A DNA stretch of 62,936 nt, the filler included, from Porpidia crustulata (lineage: Eukaryota): the NCBI GenBank assembly GCA_964255105.1. It is 5 parts of 5 records of this genome, joined end to end, with 100 filler letters (N's around TTAATTAATTAA, not from the genome) between each part and the next. Parts side by side here need not be neighbours in the genome. Positions count along the whole stretch, not along the records: positions 12,614 to 25,125 come from CAXUWE010000525.1; positions 25,226 to 37,737 come from CAXUWE010000526.1; 3 more parts are not named here. The stretch is one strand, 5' to 3'. A program made the translations under genes and the position numbers. The notes beneath the pieces are model-generated. The model was given only the letters and a program-made list of their open reading frames with translations. It did not search any database and was not told where the DNA came from. Shown in pieces: positions 13,474 through 25,294 of the stretch. Positions within the stretch are counted from its first letter, which is position 1, and each line of letters begins with the position of its first letter.

Positions 13474-13773
13474 GGTTGAGCGACCAATACAAGAGCTAGG
13501 GGTCTAGGAAGTAATTGCTCAGGATTTTCAGACGTCGATGTGCAACAATTGTTTTGCGGTGACGGTTGACAAGTAAACAAACAAGTCTTTACACTAGTTT
13601 GAAAGTGGATTAGCGCCATTGCCTCGCTTATCGTCTTGATTCTTATATTACTCCTATAATTTGCCAATCCTGCCTGGTGTTGTTGTTGTAAACGGTTCAT
13701 GAGTCCTACCAAATTCTCCACCCAAGTCCAAGAAGATACAAACACAAAAAACAAAAAGAAAAGCGCATGAGAA

Positions 13774-13867
13774 AGGTCTTGCCCGGGTTCGAACCGGGGT
13801 CGCCGGAAGATTTCTGACACCAGAGGAACATCAAAATCCGGAGTGATCACCACTACACTACAAAACC
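13774..13867 (-). tRNA. tRNA-Gln(UUG) with a ~22-nt intron
   Basis: Minus strand GGTTTTGTAGTGTAGTGGTGATCACTCCGGATTTTGA[intron about 13830..13809]TTCCGGCGACCCCGGTTCGAACCCGGGCAAGACCT. Acceptor, D, anticodon and T arms all pair, and T-runs downstream fit a Pol III terminator. Confidence 0.95.
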
Positions 13868-14253
13868 ATCTAAACATATTCGGGCTATTATAATTTATAT
13901 ATCCATAAAATTGACAAGAGAGTGAATGATACTACGACGCCATTTACATGTTAGGTGGGAGTGGTCTGGGTGAGGCTTGGCTATTGAAGTTTCGGGTTGC
14001 TGCATTGGAGTTCAAGAGGCTATGGCTGGCGTGCAATGCGAATGGAAGCTGCACTTATGAAGTGTGCGTGTACGTACAGCGAGGACAAAGCACGGACTTA
14101 AGTTTCCAAAACTGAAAATCGAAATATCCCCATCATATATCCATTGCTTCATTATCTACTCGAAAGAGCACCCATAACCCGTAAACCCGTCAATGGTTAA
14201 TAGCGATACCGCGCCGTTTGATGAAGACAACATGAACATTGCAAAAACAACGA

Positions 14254-16599
14254 TTACAGCTTCTGCCATCCGTCAGGCTTCGGAATCCCGCCCCATGCAG
14301 AGCACCTCGAGCTGAAATACCTCTCACAGATATCAAAGTCCGATAGTCCCTCCCTTTTCCAGTCCCTGATAAGCGCCCTTAATTCCTCGTTTCTGCGCTC
14401 TAGCGCCTCCTTGCGAGCGGGCGGGTCATAGTGCTCAATGGATCCGGGGAACGGAGTTGGAGGGGCACGCTTGGTCCACAGCAGACTGTAAAACTTAGTG
14501 GGTAATTGTTTGGCAAAGAGGGCGCTCGAGCGCTTCTGGAAGAGGTTTGCTCTTCGGTGGTATTCGTTGCTGCTGTATAATAGGTAATCCTCGGGTAGTT
14601 GGTATGGTACTTTGTTGCTAGACGTAGGTGCTTGTGGTTCTTTTTGCTGGCGCGAGTTACTCCTCGCAAGCAGGGCAGCGCACGTCGTGTCTGGCAACAC
14701 AATGTTGTAACCATCGTCATGTAGCGGGCAAGCGCAATGTATAAAGTGGTATTCAGGTGGGTTTACTGGATATCGCTGCCAATTCAGAGTTCCCCGCGAT
14801 CGATAATTTGGCGAAGGTAACATTGGTCCTTCGTAGCGAAAGTCGAAGACAACGAGTGAGAGATGATGGTCGTCCGATGCGGACACTCCCCAGACAAAGC
14901 ACTTGCGGCTATCTATGCGCGCGCCGCTTGATCCTCTAACGCTGAAGCTTATCTGCAGTCCCCCAAGCTGGTGCTTGGTGTTGCTAGTATGGAGAGGTAC
15001 ATCCTCAGGAAGTGATTTGATAGGGCTGGAAACATGTAGTCCCCCCATCTGCGGGTCTAGTGAATGGATACGTTTGCCGCAGATGTTGGCAAACAGATTT
15101 GCTGAATCTAACTCTCTTAGCATTGACGCCGACAGAGGCTTTCCCAGGCGTTGCAAGTAAGACTGTCGTTGTCCGCTACTACCTCCTCTTTTCTTATTGT
15201 AAAAGATCCTAGAAGGAATATCATGGTAATGCAATTCTGTGGTGAAGTGCCCGTGGATATCCTGCCAGACAACGGCAACTCGAAGAATGTCTACCGACCA
15301 AGCTGCAGCTACGTTTCTGAAAATCCAATGTTCCTTTGGAGGAATGATGAGTGCAACAGCTGTAATATGATTATTAAGGTCAATATGGTGCTCAGGCAGG
15401 TCCACTTCGTACTTTTGGTCATCCCCCGCCGTGTCAATAGCCTTCGATAGAAAACCTACGTTGACAGCCCAGAGAGTGTCCGAAGCTATGTGCTTAGCCA
15501 ATGCTTGTTTCCTAGAAAAGTTACTAGTCTTCGCCTGGCAACAAATGGATCAGTCACACACCCACATACAAAGTTGATTAAATAGGAATAAATGATAATA
15601 TACGATGCTTACCATGGTAGATGGCAAATACGTCACAACCTGCCAAGTCTCTTCCAGATTCCGAAGCTCTTCTGATATTTTAGTGGTGATATTGAATCCC
15701 AAAGGATGATTTTTCGGAGAACATCCTGTCCCAGAGTCTTCAAGAAAAAATGGCGCATCATTTCTTGCATAAGCTTCACGGATAATGATCGAATAAGTCT
15801 TTTCAACGCCATCGAAATCGATTGTGATGAGCCAAGCTCTATTCGATTTGGTCTCCAGTCCTCGGATAACCCTCATGAGACCAGTGGTTCTAGGACATTC
15901 AAGGGAGCCAACATAGAGCGGTTCCTGAGACAGCGCAAGTTGATAGAAGGATATAGTATTTTGCTCCCAGATTGGGGATGTTGTAGTAAAAGTGCAGGAG
16001 AGCAATGCCATAAACCTCCCCACAGCAGCGAAGTCTGCAGATATAAATATCGGTCTTGAGGTTGAGCAGTCTCTATGTATGTGATCGCAGACTTCTGGTA
16101 ATGAAAAACATATGACACGTTTTCGAAATCGCAAGGGCCAGAAGCGAGGCTGTGTATGGTCAGTATTCGTGTTCATCTGGCGGTTTATTTCTCTCTGCAT
16201 GCGCCTCAATTTAGCCTCACTGCTGTCATAACCGAGGCCAGCACTCAGAGTCTTTGATGGTTTAGATCCTAGTACTGATATCATTACTGGCCCATTGCCC
16301 ATAATCATGGTCCACCACGCTCGACATGTGTATCGAGCGGTAGCAAGGGCAGCCGGCGTGAGTTTCGAGAATATGAGGTCCACTATCTCGTTAGGCAACC
16401 TCGATAGAACGGTTTTGTCCTCCGCATCCGACAAGATATCTCTATCCTGGACACCTTGTGGCCATCCATAGCTTCCGGTAAATGGTGGATGAAAAGTATC
16501 ACGCAAATCCGAGTGACGGGCCTTATATTCCATATCTTCTCGTCTCAACCGTAGATCTTTGGCGCTTCTACTCTCGCGAATGACACGAAAGGAAGACAT
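14254..16599 (-). CDS. F-box domain protein with an uncharacterised C-terminal region (2 exons)
   Basis: F-box motif LSRLPNEIVDLIFSKLTPAALATARYTCRAWWTMI. The 349-aa and 415-aa ORFs join in phase through intron 15612..15535 (GTAAGC...CAG). Confidence 0.8.
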
Positions 16600-18237
16600 G
16601 GTAGGGAATATCGTAATGCAAAAGAATGGCTTCAGCTGTATTGCACAAGATCGATACCGCTATTCTCACAGGCAGCATTGTCCCTACTACGGCAAGTTGT
16701 AAGTGAGAAACCGAGATAGACCTAGGTTTCATCGTAAAGTACATTTTAAGTCCATCAGCCCGTAATTACCTTCTGAGACGATAGCTTGAAACATATGATT
16801 CGCCAGCTTGAATCATCAAAATGTAAAGAGGCGGCTCGTGAGCCTCGAAGATGGCCAACGATGGATGAATCTGGCACCGAGAATCGCCGACAATGATTCA
16901 AAGGCTAGTATGCTTCTCTTCTCCGCGAAGATGGCACTCTACAAGTGTACCGATTGCGGTAATTCTAAATCTTCGCAGAATATTGAAGGGAGGTGCTCGT
17001 GAGTGTTGCGAGCCTTACAAACGAAACGGGAAGTCACTAATGAATCCTTGCTATTCAGCCACGACTGTAAAGAGGTTTGAACAATCTGTGCGTGGAAATT
17101 GATAGTCGTCCAATCGGCAGTGGGAAGAATCAAGCCAGACTTCAACGGCTGTCACTGTCGCATCTGATTTTTCGGGTCTCCCAATAATAAATTCCCAGGC
17201 GTTGCAGTGAGACGGCCGCTACAAGCAGCTGGTGCACCTTAGACGCATGCGAGATGCAGTACATGTGCTACTAGCCTGGTGCTACCTACCAACCAAGTCA
17301 TGCAATCCGAGTTGGAGACTATGAGTCGCTCCCTTTTCCTACTTCGCGCTCTTATAAAATGATGTATATAAAACATAGAGGCTTGGCTAGGTGGTGGGTG
17401 GCTAGACATTAATTTAATAATAGATCATGGAGGCCCTGTACCGAGGCATCTACGCCAAGGGACTACCCCGCGGGGCACCCCCTCGGCTTCCTCGGCATGG
17501 GATCCCTGTGACAATTCCCGCACCGTTCCATCGTCTCCAATCACACCGCTTGAACAACAGGGTTAGCAGGTTGAACCAAACTGTCAAATGCACACAGCAC
17601 CCGTCACAGTCCTAAGCAGTCAATTGGTATCACTATCAACTATCAAAGAATCTTTAATTTGCTCGATAGCCGATATCCTGATACCCCGATGGTTATTACC
17701 TTCAGAGTCTAGCTCCCCACGTTCCCCCACTACCTACTTTTACTACTCCTAAGATAACCCCTGCTCGATCCTCCTCCTTTGGGTTCTTCCATCCAGTTCA
17801 TCTACCTTCCTCCTCGTTTTAAAATTATCAACGTCCGTGGGTTCTACGACCTGCATCGCACCTCTTAGCTCTCACCCTACAATTGTCGTGTGGCGTGATA
17901 TTGCTCCACATTTCATGCTCCATGGGCGCGCTCGGCGACTCGTTCTTGCGCTTGATTATGAACCAATAGCGACACTGCACCCCGTCGAAAAATTCACGTT
18001 TATCGCCCCGCTGTTTCTCACTTTAATCTAACTCGACAGGACTCTGTCAGTGTTGTTCAAGCACGATTGATTCCACTCGCGCTTATTAGTATTGGGCCGA
18101 CGCCGCACTCGTGGCTCATCTTGGGTGACACATCAGTATTGACGCCATCCACTGCTTTTGGACAGCTCGGGCCGGAATCCCCTATTTGAAACGGTCGAAA
18201 TCCATATCGCTCTTTCAAGCTCGCAATTCGTGTCACC

Positions 18238-19485
18238 ATGAGTTCTCCAGCACCAGGTGGATCAGGTTCTGGCGAGAAATCCCAAGGCCTTTCAAAGCTC
18301 CTCAAGCGTGCTAGTAAAGCGCTGAGGAGGGGAAGCTCTAGTAAAGGCTCCGTGCCTACCATCGTCGGGGCTACGCCAATATCGCGTCCTACTGGACCTG
18401 CCGAGTCACGCTCAGCACCATTGGGCAGGTATGCGCTTCGGAAACCATCCAATATATCTGGACATCACTTGCTAACCATTCGCAGTGCTCCTGTCATTGC
18501 TCCTCTCGGGTTCAGTCCTTCAGCAGATGGGCCTTCCGATGTTGCTGGGCAGCCTATTCAGGAAGAGGCTGCTCCAGCGCCCCCGGTTCCTGCTGCCATA
18601 TCGCAATCCATCCGGGACACGAAATCAAGCTCGAAGCCAATGAGTGCAAGACACGCTACCACTGCCGCTCAGACCAATGCGATCCAGGAGGAAAAGGCCC
18701 GACTTCTCTTTGCCAAGTACGGAATCACCTTGGAGCCTGGTGAATGGACGGCCCCCACCAAAGGCGACGGTAAACGAGTGGAGAAGAAAATTCGCATGCG
18801 TGTTCATCGTACTTGTCATCGATGCCAATTGACCTTTGGGCCCGAGAAAGTATGCACCAAATGCGGTCACAACCGCTGTAAGAAATGTCCGAAATTCCCC
18901 ACCCGGAAGTCTAAGTCCAAAGGCAAAGGCCTTGCAGGTGGTGCAATTCCTGCCGGCGATACTGCAAAGGCCAAGGCCATGGTTCTGACGATGCCTTCGC
19001 GTATGACTGGCAAGGAGCTGTCGCGCAAGGAGCCGTTACAGAGGGTACGCCGAACTTGTCACAAATGTGATACTCTGTTCGCCGGCAAAGCTGTTCAATG
19101 CGAAAATTGCGGGCATGAACGATGCCCTCTTTGTTCCCGGGAACCGTGAGTGCAGCAATATTTTTCTCAGTAGTAGTCAGCTAACATTTTCAGGTCTAAA
19201 TCCACCAAGTATGCCGAAGGTTACCCTGGTGACAAAGAGGAAACATTCCCGTTGGCGTCACGCCTTCGTCGAGAGGTGAGGGTTCATGTAAGGTGGACAT
19301 GTGAGAAATGCTCTACTCTTTTCACGGATGCCGAGAAAATATGCGGAAAATGTGGCCACGAACGATGCAACGACTGTACACGCGAGCCTCCAAAGAAGGA
19401 GAAGGGACTGGACCCGGCTGCCGTGGCGCGCATTGAGAAGCGCATGAAAGAGATGGATTTATCTCCACCAGCCTCGGCCACCTAA
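18238..19485 (+). CDS. Hypothetical protein with three Cys/His-rich putative zinc-binding repeats
   Basis: Three repeats of [RH]VxxTCxxC-x8-9-CxxCGHxRCxxC. Introns 18429..18485 (57 nt, in frame) and 19146..19193 join the 303-aa and 77-aa ORFs. Confidence 0.8.
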
Positions 19486-20475
19486 TCCGATCTGACAGAA
19501 AGGCGGTTGCTGTAGCTTACAGGCACTTTTGATGGCCACGCTTTTACGACCTTTTTTCTTTTTGAACGACGGTACGATGAGCGGAAAGACTTCCGCGATA
19601 ATGAGCAGAGGGCTTTTGCAGCGATCAGGAACGAAATTCTCATGACTACTTTCATTCCATAGCAAAATCTACGCTCTTTATGAATCTTATGCCCATTCGC
19701 ACGAACAGCGCCTGTCCCAGCAATGGCCACTATCCCATAAATCTATTTCACAACCTGATTCAATCCCATCACACCCCTCCTTTGCTTCCGCACCCATTAC
19801 CACGGAACCCTCGAAACCCAGCAAACTATATACTCCCCAACGAGCAACAAACCCCCATGCCGCAGCCGGAAACACTGGCACGAAAGTCAAAAACTCGCAC
19901 TCAGGTCCTTTACTGTGAGTGGTCTGTACAAACAAGATAGTGTGAACATGGGGGTAAGCGGTGAGGCATCAACCTTGATGCTGGATTGCTAGCGGAGCTG
20001 AAGGGTTGGAATCCCACTGAAGGAGGGGCGGAACGGTCCGGTTGTGGCACGGGGGGCTTCGGGTACTCTAGGGATCTGGGGATGTTGGGGTAGGGTTAGG
20101 GCATTGCTTAGCGAGGGGTCCTCGGGTGCTCAACATGAGTGTCTCAGAAATCTCAGAAGGAACGAGATTGTAAGATTGCTGTTTGGCAGACTCTGATAAA
20201 ATCATTTGTCAGATGGCTCATCCGCCAGTCCATGGCCAAACCTTGGGTTTCTCTATGAAGACTGCAGCGTCAGCTCGACGAGGAAAGTCGTGATATCTCT
20301 AATTGAGGCTGTGCAGAACGTATGGTCTGGGCTTGACTGGTTCGAATGGGGCTATGGCTATAAGTCGTTCCCGCGACCTGATGAGGCTGAAGAAAGCCGT
20401 TGGCTTGATCCATCAGGCTGAGGGATCTCTATAAGTTCCCTCCTCTTGTACAGACGGCATCTAATCTCGTCAACT

Positions 20476-21123
20476 ATGTGCCGCAGAATCACAGAGCGGT
20501 ATGCAGTCTGCGGCTGCATATATCTTACTCATGGTATCGATCAATGCCCTTATCACATCCAACCCGACCATCAAATTCGTGAAAGAGAAGTTCTCGTTGG
20601 ATATGCATGTTCACGCCATACCTCTTCGTCCGTGGAACCTCGTAACGATAACCTCGGTCTAAGGAACACTCACACCGCTTTCTACAAGCACGAAGATCGA
20701 GATATACAACCCAAAGCGCATGCTGTGGAGACTAGGGACTCAGTGCTCAGTATTTCATCGGCACGAGCACACGACCGAGCGCAATATGACACCGAGATTG
20801 CCCTCTCAAATTTGGCCGAGTCCCAAGCCGGGCCAGACCCAACCTCTCAACGTCAGCGTCTTACTATTCTCCCTCCATGTTACATACTACTCTTCCTTGG
20901 CGCTCTCACAATAGCAGGGAGTTTGGCTTCCGCGCTCTGGAGGGTAGTCGAATTCGATGATCTGTCAGGAGGCTTTACATTGGCGCAATATACGCTCGGT
21001 GTCGGAGTCTTCGTGACAGGGTCGATGACTGCTATACACAGTCGGACGTGCCACTGCTGGCGGCATTGGGGATCATCACCAGACACGACGAGAGGAACGG
21101 AGGACGATCATAGCCCTCAGTAG
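20476..21123 (+). CDS. Hypothetical protein: small Cys/His-rich N-terminal domain plus two C-terminal hydrophobic helices
   Basis: ATG at 20476 gives MCRRITERYAVCGCIY...VLVGYACSRH. Hydrophobic segments are YILLFLGALTIAGSLASALW and FTLAQYTLGVGVFVTGSMTAI. Confidence 0.6.
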   Translation: MCRRITERYAVCGCIYLTHGIDQCPYHIQPDHQIREREVLVGYACSRHTSSSVEPRNDNLGLRNTHTAFYKHEDRDIQPKAHAVETRDSVLSISSARAHDRAQYDTEIALSNLAESQAGPDPTSQRQRLTILPPCYILLFLGALTIAGSLASALWRVVEFDDLSGGFTLAQYTLGVGVFVTGSMTAIHSRTCHCWRHWGSSPDTTRGTEDDHSPQ

Positions 21124-22848
21124 ATGCATGATTAGTACTTGCCATTAGAGTACCCATCACGCCCTTCTCAGCCGTTCTGGGTTGAAAGGCATGCAAACGC
21201 GTATTGAGGATACCTTTGGCTCAAGTCCATCAATACAGATGCTTGCACATAGCGAGTACAGTATCAACTTATCGATAGCAGCGGATTACTCGGGAGCTAC
21301 TTCGCTCTACACTGAGCCACGTATTTCTACCATCACTAAAAATTCCATCAAGCTTAGGGAGATTACAACTCCGAGAAGATAGTGGAAAATGGGTACTCAT
21401 CCGCCTTGAGTGCCTCGTACATCAGATACGAACAAGTTGCGAGTTGTTTGCGATCATGATTATTCCAGCTTTGCATGAAAAAAAATCCGTGGTCAATCTC
21501 AACAATATTCAAGACAACGGCGACGACGGGAACAATTCGTCATGGAGTTCTTTTTTGGCTGTTATCCAACATATCAGCTCTTTCAAAATCTAGTATTCCT
21601 CATGTATGAATCTAGGTAGCTCGTGCTCCAATACAGATCGCCAACATTCGTTCGGCCGATGGTTATAGTATGGCATACTTACAATGAGCTACAACTGCTG
21701 CTGAACCGTAGCACGAGCAGATTTCTCTCTAAGGCTGGAATCTGGAGGTTGATTCTTCTTTTAAGATGTTTCCTTTCTCGAGATCTTGAAATAGAAGGCC
21801 ATGCACACCCGCATCAGGATTCTGCGATTACTACACTTACGATCACACCAACGTCTCCTGGTAACTCAACGATGAACACATTGTGTTAAGATTAACCCCA
21901 GACTACAGTTCCTCGCCTGGGATACACTGTATAGCTTTATCTGGCTCACCATCTTTCAAAGCCAGCAGATCATTAGTCTGGCTCCTTGATGACCAACTTT
22001 CGCCCCGATGCTGAATACCGGGGGCATATCACGTCCAGTCAATCATGAGTTGTCTCAATGAACTGTTGGACCGGAATGCCTGTATTACATGCATACAAAC
22101 GTACGGCATCTAAGGTAATATAGATCCTACCGTGCGAATGTAAAAAGAGTCACTGGAATGGAGAGACCATTCCTATCCAAATTGGGAATAAATAATTATA
22201 TATCGTCCCCAAGTAATACGCGTCCGCCCAGGCTTACATTAGGGAGACCCATCACACCATGGAGGCGTTTGATAGATCTCCTTTCGTCATGCAGTAATTT
22301 GAGTGCCTAGCTATCCCTCAAAGGCTACAATAAATCTTTGTACGCCTTCCTCATCCAGATTATGGTGTCTTTAATTGTGCTTTGGTGCTTTAGAGCACAT
22401 TGCTTTTGCCCTCTCGAGACCGTACTCACAGTGTAGCAGAACTTAGGAGACAGTACGAGACTGCATCAATCAACTCGCTTTGATAACACTGTACCAGGAC
22501 CTGCCTACGTGGATTGGATTGAAGTAGTTAACAAGGCTGCCATCTGCGTAGATAGATATGATGGCAAGGCTGACCCGGGCGATAGCGGGGTGCTGCATAT
22601 TGGCGCTGTTCAGCATTGTTTGATTCGCGATGCCTTGCGCCTCACGGTGCTGGTGCCTGTTAGGCAGACTGAAGCCTCGGGGCTGGGTCCTCGAGGTTTC
22701 AATTGAAATACCTGAGAAGCCCGGCAAGTTCGAATTATCTCTCGGCCTTTGCAATTCCAGGACGAGAATCTGAGCAATCTGAGAAAAGTCCAAATTGACG
22801 AATAGGAGCTTTTACTTGTTCCCGCCCCTACAGTCGCTCGACTGAAGC

Positions 22849-25125
22849 ATGGAAGACTTTAAGTGGGAATGGACGACCAAAGCCAGCAGATCCACTGAAG
22901 ATGTCACACCGGCTGCTGACAACGACTATTTCTCCCTGCCGGATAGAACACCGATGATCGAAGACAGCAACAGCGAAAAGGGTCATGCTGACCATTTCGA
23001 ATCTGTTCCCCATTTGCATCATACTTCTCCATGTGACGCGTGCGGCCAAGATTCCAAGGCCTCGGTGGTGGAGAAGATGAATGATGAGAAGCAGGCGAAT
23101 GATCGAATTGCGAAGCTTGAAGATCTTGTCAAGCATCTCCAGCAGAGTACCACTGCATATGCATCTAGACTTGGCCTTCCACCGCCACCGCCGCCCTTTG
23201 GAGGCCGACTGAGGCGTGAGGATTCTAGCTCTTCTCTTTCGTCTGTTGGTTCTTCGGTATCTGTCGATACCGTATCCCGGAAAGATATTGATGCGCCAAA
23301 GAATATCGAAGGGCCCAAGGTCGAGATCAAACGACTCAAGAGAATCTACCCCGACTACGGTGATCCCGAAGTCAAAAAGGATCGTGATACCGAAGTCGCC
23401 GGGCCTACTTCAAAGAACCTGAAAAACGAATACGTTTTGACTGTCTTCCGCGAATTTGACAAGGCCGGCAATTTTTGGAGAAGACAAGTAGAGATTCTCT
23501 CTCCAGCTTTTATTGAGGTTCTCCGCAAAATCGCTCCATACGATATTGACCTTCCTGTCAAGGGTGATGTAATCCAAATCGTCGAACCGCTCAAGATTTT
23601 ATTCCATCATCGCAAATATCTTGTCAAATATTTGGAAGATAGCACTGGCGATGTCAACGACTCCACTGTCACCTTGGCGAGGAGTCATGTAAAGCTCATC
23701 CTCGATTTCATGCACAAAGAATGGGATAGCGATAATCGAAGGCTCAACGATCTCGAATCGGAGAAACCGTCTGGAGTGATCACGTTTGCCGATATTTGGC
23801 TTCTATACGCCCCTGGAACCATTGTTTTCGCCAAGGAGAATGGGGAATACGAAGCTCTTGTCGTCGACTCCATTCGTGGGGGTTGCAAACGGCCTAGCCG
23901 GTCTGGTCACTACTACAGCAGGCTCGAGCTGACGTGCTGGTCAATCAACTATGATGGAGAGGTCTTTGGCAGGGTGTGGTCAAGCCATTGGATAACTTCA
24001 TTCCATGGTAGCAAGGATATCGCGTCTTTGGACCTTGTGCCTGAACAATTCCTACCAAATGTAGACGAAACCAAGGCATCTTTGATCTCACGCGGAAAGA
24101 AGTTCTGGGCATTGCAAGGCCAGAACTATCGAGAGTATACAGGTGAAGTGTGGTCACACCGTATGGCTGAAGAAAGTGTCCGAGTGATGGTAGACCATCT
24201 TACCTATCAGAGGAGGAACGACTGGCCGATTACCATCAACAGGAAGAAAGGACCCTCCACTGCTTTGAGCAAAAACTGGAAAGATAACAAGTTCCAGTCC
24301 GAGTACCGGGGGCCAGTTGATCAATGGGGTCGGCCGATACCCCCGCCTCCACCTGTCTTTCCTTACTATGAAGACGAACGAGATTACAATCCGAACAGGG
24401 TCGACCATGGCGAAGATGGTTTCGCTCAACCATACCAGACTCAGCCGTGTGAGCAACCATCCATTCGAGTTGACTCTTGTTACAACAAATATGACCTTCT
24501 CCAACCAGATCAGGAGCCAGATGACGTGATGGCACTGCTTTGCCCGCAACATGTCCATGGCTACTGCTTGCGTGATAAGGTCTGGAGTAAGTTCTCCATT
24601 ACTACCGGTAAGTAATATACCATCTAACCTTTCCCCAGAAACCCTCAACGTAAGCCAACTCCAACCCGTCACATTCCGCAAGAACGCGTGGAACCAGCTC
24701 ATCCTCGACGCCGAATACAAAGACATTGTCGAAGCCATGGTCTCCTCCTACGCCGACAAAACCGCCGCATTGGACGACCTCGTCGCCGGCAAAGGCGCCG
24801 GCCTCGTGACCTTGCTGCACGGCCCCCCGGGCACCGGCAAAACCCTCACGGCCGAATGCGTCGCCGACGCCTTCTCCAAACCCCTCTACCAAGTAACCTG
24901 CGGCGACATCGGCACCGACCCGTCCGTGCTCGAAGCCCGGCTGGAAGAAATCTTCGACTACGCCACCACCTGGGGCGCCATCCTCCTGCTCGACGAAGCC
25001 GACGTCTTCCTGCAGGACCGCGACACCGACCACCTCGAGCGCAACGCCCTCGTCTCCATCTTCCTCCGCACCCTCGACTACTTCCGCGGCATCCTCTTCC
25101 TCACCACCAACCGCGTCGCCAGCTT
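22849..25125 (+). CDS. Fungal AAA+ ATPase with long N-terminal domain (3' truncated)
   Basis: The 588-aa ORF splices through an intron at about 24587..24638 into a frame with Walker A LLHGPPGTGKT, Walker B ILLLDEAD and sensor FLTTNR. Confidence 0.9.
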
Positions 25126-25225
25126 NNNNNNNNNNNNNNNNNNNNNNNNNNNNNNNNNNNNNNNNNNNNTTAATTAATTAANNNNNNNNNNNNNNNNNNN
25201 NNNNNNNNNNNNNNNNNNNNNNNNN
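25126..25225. other. Artificial contig-joining linker
   Basis: Same N44-TTAATTAATTAA-N44 cassette. Confidence 0.98.
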
Positions 25226-25294
25226 GGGCAGGGGGAGGAGCTGATGGCTATGGGCTTGACCTCGCTCCGTGTCGCTCGGCGTCTCGGTGTGTAG
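25226..25294 (+). CDS. Possible C-terminal tail of a gene cut by the contig start
   Basis: Frame from the first base reads GQGEELMAMGLTSLRVARRLGV*, followed by a pyrimidine-rich stretch resembling a 3'UTR. Product not identified. Confidence 0.3.
   Translation, partial: GQGEELMAMGLTSLRVARRLGV

Noticed and set aside
13452..13877. 141-aa ORF upstream of NUF2
   Set aside because: Overlaps the tRNA-Gln gene and its T-rich terminator; spurious.
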